Source of the DNA: Bryobacteraceae bacterium
Lineage (GTDB): Bacteria; Acidobacteriota; Terriglobia; Bryobacterales; Bryobacteraceae
Direction: 5' to 3'
DNA length: 51,446 nucleotides
NCBI GenBank assembly: GCA_041485845.1
Contig: JBGPKH010000001.1
Coordinates: 1 to 51,446, forward strand
This document shows, one piece after another, positions 16,321 through 25,356 of this stretch. How positions within the stretch are numbered: the first letter of the stretch is position 1; every line of letters begins with the position of its first letter. A model generated the notes under the pieces. That model did no database searches and had not been told where the DNA came from. It saw only the letters and a program-made list of their open reading frames with translations. The translations under genes and the position numbers were made by a program.

Positions 16321-17409
16321 TTGAAAGACACACAGGCAGTTGCGCGCATTCTCGTAGTGGCGGCCGGCATCGGGGCCGCCACGGCCCTGCATTACCTGAC
16401 GTCACCCTCGCTGCTCCTCTGGCACGAACTGTTTCAGCGCCTTTATTATCTGCCGATCATTTACGCCGCCATCTACTTTGGCTGGCGCGGCGGCCTGGTG
16501 GCGTCAGCCTGTGCGGCCCTGTGCTACATTCCCCACATCCTTCGTGCCTGGCACCACATGCCCGACTACACCATGAACCAGTACGCCGAGATCATTGTCT
16601 TTTTCCTGGTTGGCACGGTTACGGGCGTTCTGGCAGACCAAGGACGGAAGCACCGCATGGAATTGGAAGCCGCTTCAGAAGAGCTGGCCAGGGTGAACCG
16701 CGACCTCCAGGACAGCTTCGAGCAGATCAAGAGGGCGGACCGCCTGTCCGCGATAGGCCAACTCTCGGCCAGTCTGGCTCACGAGATACGAAACCCGCTG
16801 GCGAGTATTGACGGGGCGGCAAACCTGATTGAATCTGCGCAAACCTCCGACGAAATGCGGAGAAATTCCCTGACGATCATTCACAAGGAGATCCAGCGGT
16901 TGAACCGCTTGCTGACCAACCTGCTGGACTTCGCTCGTCCACGGAAGCCCGAATTCCAGGCTGTGGAGCCGGGCCGCCTATTCGATGCGATCATCGATCT
17001 GACCGGCCATTCCGCCCAGCAAACGGGAATCGCCATTTCGAAAGATATTCCGTCCCCGGCGCCTGCGTTCGAGTGCGATCCGGAACAGATGACGCAGGTG
17101 ATTCTAAACCTGGCAATCAATGCTGTACAGTCCATGACCGAACCCGGCCGGATTGTCTTATCGGCTCAGCAGAACGGCGCTTCGGTCGTGATCGCCGTTC
17201 GCGATCAGGGCCCCGGGATTCCCGAACAGGATCTCGACAAGATTTTCGATCCCTTTTTTACCACGAAGGATGCCGGCACCGGACTTGGCCTGTCGGTGGT
17301 CCATCAAATCGTGACCCAGCATGGTGGCACGGTGACGGTGCAGAAAAACCCCGATCGCGGCATGACGTTCTCGCTGGTCCTCCCATTGCAACAGAGGAGA
17401 GAGAGTTGA
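16321..17409 (+). CDS. Membrane sensor histidine kinase (NtrB/AtoS-like)
   Basis: TTG start. N-terminal TM sensor region, coiled coil, H-box SASLAHEIRNPLASI, N-box LNLAINAVQS, G1 VRDQGPGIP, and G2 TGLGLSV. The stop overlaps the response-regulator start. Confidence 0.85.
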   Translation: MKDTQAVARILVVAAGIGAATALHYLTSPSLLLWHELFQRLYYLPIIYAAIYFGWRGGLVASACAALCYIPHILRAWHHMPDYTMNQYAEIIVFFLVGTVTGVLADQGRKHRMELEAASEELARVNRDLQDSFEQIKRADRLSAIGQLSASLAHEIRNPLASIDGAANLIESAQTSDEMRRNSLTIIHKEIQRLNRLLTNLLDFARPRKPEFQAVEPGRLFDAIIDLTGHSAQQTGIAISKDIPSPAPAFECDPEQMTQVILNLAINAVQSMTEPGRIVLSAQQNGASVVIAVRDQGPGIPEQDLDKIFDPFFTTKDAGTGLGLSVVHQIVTQHGGTVTVQKNPDRGMTFSLVLPLQQRRES

Positions 17410-18803
17410 TCCAGAAACGAATACTGGTTGTCGACGATGACGAGAGTCTTCGCTGGGTGACCCAGGCGCAGCTACAGCAGAGCGGCTATCAGGTGGATGC
17501 GGCAGCCAATGGCAAGGAGGCTCTGGCGAAGGTTCAGGAGACTCCGCCCGACCTGGTGATCACGGATCTGATGATGCCGGGAATGTCCGGGGTCGAGTTG
17601 CTAAAGAAGATTCGCGCCGACTATCCGGAAATCATCGTGATCCTGGTCACCGCGTTTGGCTCCGTTGAGAACGCCGTTGAAGCCATGAAGGCCGGCGCCT
17701 ACGACTACATTACGAAGCCGGTGAATATGGAGGAGCTGCGGCTGATCGTGGGCCGCGGCCTCGAACACCTGGACCTTCGCCAGGAGGTGCGCAATCTCCG
17801 CAGCAGCCTCGACAAGAAGTACGGTTTCGAGAACATCCTGGGGCAGTCGAAGCCGCTGCTTTATGTGCTCGACATGGCATCGCGCGCCGCCAACGCTACC
17901 TCAACGGTGCTGATTCACGGTGAAACGGGCACGGGAAAGGAACTCTTGGCGAAAGCCGTCCACTTCAACAGTCGCCGGAAGGATAGGCCATTTGTCACGA
18001 TCAACTGCGGCGCGATTCCGAAAGACCTCCTCGAATCCGAGCTGTTTGGCCACGTCAGAGGTTCATTCACCGGCGCGCTCGCGAATAAGAGAGGCAAGGT
18101 TGAGCTGGCCGATGGTGGAACGTTATTCCTTGATGAAATCGGCGAGATGCCCCTTGAATTGCAGGTGAAACTGCTCCGCCTCATCCAGCAAGGCGAGATC
18201 GAAAAACTCGGGGTTGCCGGGGTGACGAAAGTGGACGTGCGAATCATCGCCGCTACGCACCGCAATTTGCAGGCGATGATTGAAGATGGGGCATTTCGTG
18301 AGGACCTGTATTACCGGCTGGCGGTCATCCCTCTCGAGCTTCCTCCATTGCGCGAGCGGGCGGACGATGTTCCGGAGCTTGTACAGCACTTTTTCCTGAA
18401 AGCTAAAGATCAACAAGGCCGGCCGGATCTGGTTCTCCCACCTTCGCTGCTGCCGTACTTCAGCGCATATCGCTGGCCGGGCAACGTCAGGGAGGTGGAA
18501 AACGTCATCGAGCGGATCGTGGTGCTGTCGCGCGGCAATGACATCGCCTTGAACGATCTACCTGAATTCCTGAGGCACGAACGGCCGGCGGCGGAGGAGT
18601 TCCATTTCGAGCTTCCGCCGCAGGGCATCAGCCTGGAAGGAGTGGAGAAGGAACTCATCGTCCGCACCCTGGAAAAGTTCAACTGGAACCAGACACGTGC
18701 GGCGCAATACCTGGATATCAGCCGAAAGACGCTCATCTACCGTATGGAGAAATTCGGGCTTCGCAAAGAACAGGCGGCGGCCGAGGACCAGCGGGCGGAC
18801 TGA
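17406..18803 (+). CDS. Sigma-54-dependent response regulator (NtrC family)
   Basis: TTG start overlapping the kinase stop. REC domain (ILVVDDDESL...DLVITDLMMPGMSG), AAA+ domain (VLIHGETGTGKELLAKAVH, GSFTGA = GAFTGA motif, LFLDEIGEM) and a Fis-type HTH (NQTRAAQYLDISRKTLIYRM). Confidence 0.92.
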   Translation: MIQKRILVVDDDESLRWVTQAQLQQSGYQVDAAANGKEALAKVQETPPDLVITDLMMPGMSGVELLKKIRADYPEIIVILVTAFGSVENAVEAMKAGAYDYITKPVNMEELRLIVGRGLEHLDLRQEVRNLRSSLDKKYGFENILGQSKPLLYVLDMASRAANATSTVLIHGETGTGKELLAKAVHFNSRRKDRPFVTINCGAIPKDLLESELFGHVRGSFTGALANKRGKVELADGGTLFLDEIGEMPLELQVKLLRLIQQGEIEKLGVAGVTKVDVRIIAATHRNLQAMIEDGAFREDLYYRLAVIPLELPPLRERADDVPELVQHFFLKAKDQQGRPDLVLPPSLLPYFSAYRWPGNVREVENVIERIVVLSRGNDIALNDLPEFLRHERPAAEEFHFELPPQGISLEGVEKELIVRTLEKFNWNQTRAAQYLDISRKTLIYRMEKFGLRKEQAAAEDQRAD

Positions 18804-18865
18804 CGGCGCCATTTCGGAGAGGTCATTCCCGGACCACTTGGTGTAGAATCCAGAGGGGGTGACCT

Positions 18866-19354
18866 ATGGAGCGACGATCCTGGTTCGGAGCCTTCATCGG
18901 TGTCCTGACGCTGGCGGTTCTGGGGTACGCCGGGTGGCGGACGTTCAGCTCGAATGCCGATGCGTGCTATGCGTGCCAACGGCCGGTTCACGCTCACTCC
19001 AAGACGGTGGCAGTCGCCAACGGACACGCCCGGCTCTTCTGCTGTCCAGCGTGTGCCCTTTCCGAGCACCAGCAGGCGGGCAAGCCAATCCAGGTCACTC
19101 AACTGACATCATTTCTGAACGGAAAAGTCCTGTCGCCTGAAAACGCCTACCTCGTGAAAGGCAGCAACGTGAATTTATGCGAAAGAACGCACGAGCTTAT
19201 CCAGGAGGACAAACGGTCTGCGGATTTGCGCTATGACCGTTGTGCCCCCAGCCTGATCGCTTTCGCCCAGCGGAGCGAAGCCCTGGCGTTCGCGCGCGAG
19301 CACGGCGGCGAGGTGGCGCCGTTCAGCGAGACGGCAGCCGCATTCGTGAAGTAG
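18866..19354 (+). CDS. Membrane-anchored Cys-rich protein, NosL-like/metal-chaperone-like (tentative)
   Basis: 162 aa. N-terminal TM helix, CYACQRPV...FCCPAC, and a C-terminal ...IAFAQRSEALAFAREHGGEVAPF that resembles the NosL C-terminus. Confidence 0.5.
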   Translation: MERRSWFGAFIGVLTLAVLGYAGWRTFSSNADACYACQRPVHAHSKTVAVANGHARLFCCPACALSEHQQAGKPIQVTQLTSFLNGKVLSPENAYLVKGSNVNLCERTHELIQEDKRSADLRYDRCAPSLIAFAQRSEALAFAREHGGEVAPFSETAAAFVK

Positions 19355-19648
19355 CCTGGCGGCAGCCGCCTTCTTTCTTGCGCGGCAATCGGTGTCGATG
19401 ACCTGAGTGTCCCGCGTGTCCCGCTTCGGTTCCAGCGCGTTTGGCCGGCGCAGTTGGGGCCTGAACCCCGGCGGCGATCGAGTCCACTTCTTCGGCGCTT
19501 TCGAAAAGTGAACCGCCCGTGCTTTCCAAAAACCACCCACGCTGCTTTAGCACGGTTCCCAGGAGCGGTATCGTTGATCCGGTCTCTGTGGAGCTCATCC
19601 GCCAGATTAGTTTACTCCCGCTCCGCACGGTTACAATGAGAGCGTCAG

Positions 19649-21628
19649 ATGACCCCCGATCGCTCCCACGATTCCCGAAACCTGTTCGCGCGCTGGTTCC
19701 GCCTTTCCCTGCGCGCGCGGGGCGTCGCCGTGCTGGTGGTGCCGATTGCCGCGCTGTTCGTCGCGCTGTTCAGTGTTTACTGGATGGAGCGTGAATCCAG
19801 CGATGCCGAGCGGACCCTGGCGCGCGTCTCCGATACGCGAGCCGAACTGCTTCAGCTTACGATCCTTCTGCGCGACCTGGACGCCGCCGTGAGCGGATAC
19901 CTGACCGCCCGCGAGGGCCGCTACCTCGCGTCGTACGACACCGCCCGCGCCGCGGCGGAACAGTCCCTGCAACACCTGGCTTTCCTGGCGAGCGGCGATC
20001 CGGCCAGCGCCGGCGCGCTCGAAGAAATTCGCCGTTCCTACCGGGAAGCCGCACAGATCTTCGACGAATTGCGCTCCGGTCAGGCCGCCTCGCCCGCCCG
20101 CCTGCTCGACCGGGCCAAGCCGGCGATCGGCCAGATCCAGACTCGTCTCGCGAGCTTGAACCGGGTTCAGGATGCCCGGCTCTTGGGTGGGCGCAACGAG
20201 CGCGACATGGCCCGCCGGAAACTCTTCCGGATCGTCATGTTCTGCGGTGTTCTGGGGCCGCTGGGAGCGCTTTTCGTCAACCTGATCGTGGCCGGCAGGC
20301 TGGTGCGGCGTCTCCAGGCGGTGGGAGAGAACGCACGGCTGATGGCCCACGGCCTGCCCCTCGAACGGTTCGCTTCGGGCGACGACGAAATCGCCTGGCT
20401 GGCCCGGGGGATCGAGGATGCGGCCTGCCTGTTGCGCGAGCGCGAGCGCGAACTTCGCGACAGCGAAAGACGCTATCGCGACCTGTTCGACCAGGCGCCC
20501 ATCCCTTACGAAGAGACCGGCCGGGAGGGCGTGATCCGGCGTTTCAACCAGGCCGTCTGCACTCTTCTCAAGTGCCCGCCGGACCGCATTCTCGGCCGCC
20601 GCGCATGGGACTTCGCCGCGCCGGATCGGCAGGACAGCTTGCGCGCGGCCATGATGGAACGACTCGCGTCGGGGTCGGAAACGGGCCCGTATGAATGTGA
20701 GTACTTCCTGGAAGACGGCTCCCGGATTGAGGTGGAAATCCGCGAAACTCCGATCCGCGACAACAGCGGAGCGGTGACCGGGGTCTGCCGCTCGCTGATG
20801 GACGTGACCGAGCGGAACATCGCCGCCATGGCGGCCCGCAAGGTGGAGCAGTACGCCATGGAACTGCGCAACAAGAACGAGCAGCTCGCACGGGCGCTGG
20901 ATGCCGCGCGTTCGGCCACAGAGGCCAAGAGCCGGTTCCTGGCGGGCATCTCACACGAGCTGCGAACGCCGTTAAACGGAATCATCGGGTTCTCCGAGCT
21001 GATGCACGACGGCCGGGTGGGCCCCGTCTCCGACCAACACCGCGAGTTTCTCAGCGACATTCTCACGAGCGCCCGCCACCTGCTGCGGCTCATCAACGAC
21101 ATTCTCGACCTTTCCAAGATCGAGGCGGGAAGAATGGAGTTTCGCCCGGAGCGCCGCTTGGTTCATGCGCTGGTTTACGAGGTCTGCGACGTGATCCGGC
21201 CCCTCGCCGAAAAGAAGAACATGCAAATCTCGACGGATGTGCCGCGGGACGTCGTGGTGGTCCTGGACGCCTCCCGCTTCAAGCAGGTTCTGTACAATTA
21301 CCTGTCGAACGCCGTGAAGTTTACGCCGCCCGGCGGCGACGTCTCGGTGCGCGTGTCGCTCGAGGAGAACTCCCGCTTCCGTCTGGAAGTGGAGGACACC
21401 GGGATCGGCATCGAAACCGCTGAGCTGCCGCTGCTCTTCAAGGAGTTTCAGCAACTCCCCAACAGCCGTAAAGCGGAGCAAGGCACCGGTCTCGGCCTGG
21501 CTCTGACCCGGACCATTGTGGAAGCGCAGGGCGGGAGTGTGGCGGTGCGCAGCCAGCCCGGCCGCGGCAGCGTCTTTTCGGCGGTGTTGCCGCTGGATAC
21601 CACGGGGGTGGTTCCCGGGCAGGGGTGA
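19649..21628 (+). CDS. Hybrid-architecture sensor histidine kinase (CHASE3-HAMP-PAS-HisKA-HATPase)
   Basis: 659 aa. TM plus a CHASE3-like region (..RVSDTRAELLQLTILLRDLDAAVSGYLTAREGRYLASYDTA), a second TM/HAMP, a PAS domain (YRDLFDQAPIPYEE...), H-box FLAGISHELRTPLNGIIGF, N-box, and G-boxes DTGIGI...GTGLGLAL. Confidence 0.85.
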   Translation: MTPDRSHDSRNLFARWFRLSLRARGVAVLVVPIAALFVALFSVYWMERESSDAERTLARVSDTRAELLQLTILLRDLDAAVSGYLTAREGRYLASYDTARAAAEQSLQHLAFLASGDPASAGALEEIRRSYREAAQIFDELRSGQAASPARLLDRAKPAIGQIQTRLASLNRVQDARLLGGRNERDMARRKLFRIVMFCGVLGPLGALFVNLIVAGRLVRRLQAVGENARLMAHGLPLERFASGDDEIAWLARGIEDAACLLRERERELRDSERRYRDLFDQAPIPYEETGREGVIRRFNQAVCTLLKCPPDRILGRRAWDFAAPDRQDSLRAAMMERLASGSETGPYECEYFLEDGSRIEVEIRETPIRDNSGAVTGVCRSLMDVTERNIAAMAARKVEQYAMELRNKNEQLARALDAARSATEAKSRFLAGISHELRTPLNGIIGFSELMHDGRVGPVSDQHREFLSDILTSARHLLRLINDILDLSKIEAGRMEFRPERRLVHALVYEVCDVIRPLAEKKNMQISTDVPRDVVVVLDASRFKQVLYNYLSNAVKFTPPGGDVSVRVSLEENSRFRLEVEDTGIGIETAELPLLFKEFQQLPNSRKAEQGTGLGLALTRTIVEAQGGSVAVRSQPGRGSVFSAVLPLDTTGVVPGQG

Positions 21629-21903
21629 GCGCCTGAGACGTGCGTTTTGGGAATGGTTCGTGTGGTGGGATCGCCCCCGGGTGAAGCGGCATCGAACTCC
21701 GTGTCTTCCCGAGTTCGTGACGCAGAGCCGCCTTCCATCCGCGCCGAGGGCGATCCCGCGAGGCAGGCGTCCAACCGGCGCTCAGCGCGACCCCGGATTT
21801 GGAGACCGGGTCGGCGGCTGCCGGTTCATCGCTCCCCCGCAACCCGCGAACAGGCCAGTGTACCACATTTTCGTGTTTCAGGGGTGGTTATCTGGAAATG
21901 TCC

Positions 21904-22692
21904 TCACTGCGGCAACTGGATCTGCACGTGCCGCTCGCGGTTCAGTTGCACACTGAAATCGCGGTCCACCGCGTCGAGCGCCGCCTGCTTTTCCTCGCGC
22001 TCGAGGGTGATGTAATGCAGGGTCTTTCCATCCACCCAGTACGATACCGCCGCGCGAATCACGTGGTCCTTGAAGGCGATCAGGTAGATGGGCGAGCCGC
22101 CGCTGCCGGAGGAAGCGACTTCCTGGCCGTATTGATCGTACTGGCGAGTCACCGGCGTGGCGCGCTCCACATAGACCGTAGACGCCGGCTGGCTCTGGGA
22201 CGGATAGATCACGGTCACGTTGGGCGAAGTGTTGTAAGCCGCATAACCGTACCCGTAGCCGGAGTAATAAGGATCGTACGGATAGGAATCGTAATAGCCA
22301 TACCCATATCCCCCATACGGGTAAGAATAGGGCAGGTAGGATCCTCCGTAGAACGCGGTGCCGAAGCCGAAGCCGCGACTGAAGCCGCCCCGGAAGCCGC
22401 TGAACCCCCCGAAGCCGGGGCCGGCGCCACCATGAAAACCACCTCCCACGCCGCCGCGATAGCCGCCGGAGCCCATTCCGCCGCCGCGATAGCCGCCGGA
22501 GCCCATTCCGCCGCCGCGATAGCCGCCGCCGCCCATACCACCGCCCATGCCGCCCCCGCGAGATCCGCCGCCGCCCATACCGCCGCCCATGCCGCCCCCG
22601 CGAGATCCGCCGCCCATACCACCCCCGCGCCCTTGTGCCATGGCGCTGCCGGCCAGCAGGCCACATAAAGCCAGTTGCAGTAGAATCCTCAT
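21904..22692 (-). CDS. Secreted Gly/Tyr-rich low-complexity protein with a conserved-looking C-terminal globular domain
   Basis: AGGAG RBS and signal peptide MRILLQLALCGLLAGSAMAQ. Next come about 90 aa of (G)nRGGGMGGG / GGYRGGGMGS repeats, then a Tyr-rich segment SYLPYSYPYGGYGYGYYDSYPYDPYYSGYGYGY, then an ordered tail ...PIYLIAFKDHVIRAAVSYWVDGKTLHYITLEREEKQAALDAVDRDFSVQLNRER. Confidence 0.7.
   Translation of the reverse strand: MRILLQLALCGLLAGSAMAQGRGGGMGGGSRGGGMGGGMGGGGSRGGGMGGGMGGGGYRGGGMGSGGYRGGGMGSGGYRGGVGGGFHGGAGPGFGGFSGFRGGFSRGFGFGTAFYGGSYLPYSYPYGGYGYGYYDSYPYDPYYSGYGYGYAAYNTSPNVTVIYPSQSQPASTVYVERATPVTRQYDQYGQEVASSGSGGSPIYLIAFKDHVIRAAVSYWVDGKTLHYITLEREEKQAALDAVDRDFSVQLNRERHVQIQLPQ
22450..22611. 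repeat. Coding tandem repeats: 30-bp unit x2.6, then 42-bp unit x2
   Basis: gccgccgcgatagccgccggagcccattcc occurs at 22450-22479 and 22480-22509, with a partial copy to 22528. gcccatacc[a/g]ccgcccatgccgcccccgcgagatccgccgcc occurs at 22531-22572 and 22573-22611. They encode the GGYRGGGMGS and GGSRGGGMGGGMGG repeats. Confidence 0.9.
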
Positions 22693-22830
22693 GGAACGCT
22701 CCTACTCGGAGCTTACTCCCGATGGCCTGCCGCCGCAACCCGTCGGAGGCTGGCGGAATGTCAGCGCTCATGGAGATCCTCGCGCTTTCAGGTCCGCCGG
22801 CCCGCTTGCATACGAGAGGTGCGGAAGATC

Positions 22831-22995
22831 TCATCCAGTTGCGCCAAAGCGGCCAGCCGCTGGTTCTGTTCCCCGAACGAGCCGCGAGAGAGAATCGCGG
22901 ACCAGTTGGTTGACCGGCGAGTTGCGATCCATGGCCACCTTGCGCGCAGCGCGGAGCGGATTCCCGTCGAGGCTGAGCGTCAGGTTCCTGGGCAC
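22831..22995 (-). CDS. Orphan ribbon-helix-helix (CopG/Arc-like) antitoxin-type small ORF
   Basis: Hand translation (GTG start) gives VPRNLTLSLDGNPLRAARKVAMDRNSPVNQLVRDSLSRLVRGTEPAAGRFGATG*. The pattern RNLTLSLd..l...ak..A......svnqLvre.L is typical of RHH antitoxins. No toxin gene follows. Below the ORF-track cut-off. Confidence 0.4.
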   Translation of the reverse strand: MPRNLTLSLDGNPLRAARKVAMDRNSPVNQLVRDSLSRLVRGTEPAAGRFGATG

Positions 22996-23042
22996 ATAGC
23001 CTTGCTCGCCAAAGCGCGAGGACGGCCGCGGCTCGGTAACGC

Positions 23043-24254
23043 CTACGCCTTACTCTTGATGCGGCCGCCGCCGCGGAAGAACGCCGCCACCAGCAGCAGA
23101 ATGGCAAACGCGCCGGTTCCGCAACTGAGCCAGAAGGCGCGCCAGTCGTGCGCCGCCGCCCCGGCGTTCTTTCCAGTAAAGATGTCCAGGGCGACGCCGG
23201 AGAGCAGCGAACCGGCAAACATCCCCACGCCGTAGGTCACAAAGGTCAGAAAGCCCTGCGCCGTGATCCGGAGACGCGGCGGCGCTTCCTGGTCCGCGTA
23301 CAGTTGCCCCGTCATGAAGAAGAAATCGAAGCACACGCCGTGGAGCAAAATCGCCGCGTAGAACATCCACACGCCGGGGCCCGGATTGCCGTAGGCCAGC
23401 AGCCCGTACCGCAGCGACCATGACGCGAGACCGATCAGCAGAATGGCTTTCACCGTGACGCGGCGGAAAATCAGCGGCATGAGCAGCATCGCGCCCACCT
23501 CCGACATCTGCCCCAGGGTCATCTTGCCGGCGGCGTTCTGCACGCCAACCTCGTTCAGATAAGTATTGGTGAACGTGAAATAAAAGGTCAACGGAATGCA
23601 CGCCAGAAACGAGGCCACGATAAAAACCAGGTACGTGCGCTGCTTCAACATCACCAGGGCATCGAGGCCCAGCACGCTGCGCACGGTGACCGGCCCTCCC
23701 TTGCCCAGCGCCGGCGTGTGCGGCAGAAGCAGGCTGAACAGTCCCATGGCCACCGAGGCCCCCGCCGCCAGCAGGAACTGGGTCGAAGATTTCTCGATAG
23801 CCAGCCAACCGACAATCTGCCCGATCGCGATCCAGCCGATGGTCGCAAACACGCGAATCAGCGGGAACTCCGCGCCGGCGTCTTTCACCTGGCGCAAGGC
23901 GATGGAATTAGTCAGCGCGATGGTCGGGAAGAAGCACAGGCAGTACAAAAACATCAGGGCATAGACCGGCAGGAAGCTGGTGGCCTTGGTCACCAGGAAC
24001 AGAAAGACCGCGCCGGCCAGGTGCAGCACGGCAAGCACCCGCTCGGCGGCGAAGAAGCGATCGGCCACCATGGCCACGAAAAACGGAGAGATCATCGACG
24101 CCAGCGCGCTGGTGCCGAATACCGCGCCCGCCTCGGTTCCGGAGAATTTCAGGGTCGACGTGAGATAGGTCCCGATGGTCACGTACCACGCGCCCCAGAT
24201 CACGTAGTTCAGGAACATCATGATGCTGAGGCGGACGTTGACGGAAGTAGGCAT
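23043..24254 (-). CDS. Nucleoside:H+ symporter-family MFS transporter
   Basis: Start placed at MPTSVNVRLSIMMFLNYVIWGAWYVTIGTYL, a signature-like N-terminus of the Nuc_H_symport family (XapB/NupG/YegT). About 12 TM helices. Confidence 0.85.
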   Translation of the reverse strand: MPTSVNVRLSIMMFLNYVIWGAWYVTIGTYLTSTLKFSGTEAGAVFGTSALASMISPFFVAMVADRFFAAERVLAVLHLAGAVFLFLVTKATSFLPVYALMFLYCLCFFPTIALTNSIALRQVKDAGAEFPLIRVFATIGWIAIGQIVGWLAIEKSSTQFLLAAGASVAMGLFSLLLPHTPALGKGGPVTVRSVLGLDALVMLKQRTYLVFIVASFLACIPLTFYFTFTNTYLNEVGVQNAAGKMTLGQMSEVGAMLLMPLIFRRVTVKAILLIGLASWSLRYGLLAYGNPGPGVWMFYAAILLHGVCFDFFFMTGQLYADQEAPPRLRITAQGFLTFVTYGVGMFAGSLLSGVALDIFTGKNAGAAAHDWRAFWLSCGTGAFAILLLVAAFFRGGGRIKSKA

Positions 24255-24292
24255 ACGTTGCAGTGTACCAGTGGAACGTGCCTCCCGGCCGG

Positions 24293-24784
24293 TCAGGCTC
24301 GTCCCGGCTCGAACGCCGCCCGCAAACGGGACCAGGTAATCTCGAGATCCTCGGGCACCACGCGCGTCTCCCCCACCACGGTCATGAAATTGGTATCGCC
24401 GGTCCACCGCGGCAGGATGTGCAGGTGGATGTGTCCGGCGATGCCCGCCCCGGCGCTGCGCCCGATATTGAAACCCAGGTTCAGCCCCTCCGGCCGGTAG
24501 ACGGTGCGCAGGTGGCGCTCGCAGTCGCGGGCCATTCGGATGAGCTCCACGAGCGTGTCGTCGGACGCCTCTTCCATGGTCGCCACGTGCTCGTACGGCA
24601 CCACCATGATGTGGCCGGTGGTGTACGGAAACCGGTTGAGGATGACGAAGTTTCGCGCGCCGCGATGCACCACCAGCCACGCCTGGTCGTCGGCGCTCTT
24701 CCCGGCCGCGCAAAAGATGCACTCTACCGGCTCCCCTGTTTTGACGATGTACTGGTAGCGCCAGGGGGTCCAGAGATAGTCCAT
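24293..24784 (-). CDS. HIT-family nucleotide hydrolase/transferase
   Basis: 163 aa. CIFC..., NRFPYTTGHIMVVP, and the histidine triad AGIAGHIHLHILPRW. Confidence 0.9.
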   Translation of the reverse strand: MDYLWTPWRYQYIVKTGEPVECIFCAAGKSADDQAWLVVHRGARNFVILNRFPYTTGHIMVVPYEHVATMEEASDDTLVELIRMARDCERHLRTVYRPEGLNLGFNIGRSAGAGIAGHIHLHILPRWTGDTNFMTVVGETRVVPEDLEITWSRLRAAFEPGRA

Positions 24785-24802
24785 GCGGTTCCGGGAATTG
24801 GG

Positions 24803-25144
24803 CTACTGCGGGTTCGGAACCTGCTCGGGCGTTGCGGGCCCCGGGGCCGCCGACGGCATAGGCGCGGTTGAACTATTCACCACGTCCTTGAGCTCCTTGC
24901 TGGGCTTGAAATAGGGGATCTTCTTGGCCGGCACGTCCACGCGCGCGCCAGTCTTCGGGTTGCGTCCGATGCGAGGCTGCCTCTGACGCGTGCGGAAGCT
25001 GCCGAATCCGCGAATCTCGATCTTGTCGCCGGTGCGTAAGGAGCGCACGATACTGTCGAAAATGGCCTCCACGATGACTTCGGACTCTTTCCGGGTCATC
25101 TCCACCACGCGGGAGACTTCTTCAATCAGATCGGCCTTGGTCAT
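24803..25144 (-). CDS. ihfB: Integration host factor beta-like (HU/IHF family) DNA-binding protein
   Basis: MTKADLIEEVS...IVEAIFDSIVRSLRTGDKIEIRGFGSFRTRQRQPRIGRNPKTGARVDVPAKKIPYFKPSKELK, with an AGGAGA RBS. It lies directly downstream of rpsA, as in the conserved rpsA-ihfB arrangement. Confidence 0.85.
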   Translation of the reverse strand: MTKADLIEEVSRVVEMTRKESEVIVEAIFDSIVRSLRTGDKIEIRGFGSFRTRQRQPRIGRNPKTGARVDVPAKKIPYFKPSKELKDVVNSSTAPMPSAAPGPATPEQVPNPQ

Positions 25145-25221
25145 CGCATTCTCCTGATCAATCTTTTGGTGGTCAATCGTTTATGAACCGCAGTATCTCC
25201 TGAATACGAACAATTTGCAAG

Positions 25222-25356
25222 TCATTCGAGATTACGATCTTTCAAACTCATGACCTCTTCTATGGTCGTCGTGGCGGCGGCCGCCTGGCGCTGGTAGTCT
25301 TCCAGGCGGGTTATCTCCTCGTCGTCCGCCACCGCGCGGAGACTCAGCCCGATTTT
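25222..25356 (-). other. 44 in-frame codons after the rpsA TAG that still encode S1-domain sequence
   Basis: Reading on from TAG (25357-25359) gives KIGLSLRAVADDEEITRLEDYQRQAAAATTTIEEVMSLKDRNLE* (stop at 25222-25224). KIGLSLRA is the canonical last strand of an S1 domain. Confidence 0.6.

Noticed and set aside
22450-22611. Tandem repeats that could be mistaken for a CRISPR-like array.
   Set aside because: The units abut each other with no spacers. They are in frame within a signal-peptide ORF and encode Gly-rich peptide repeats.
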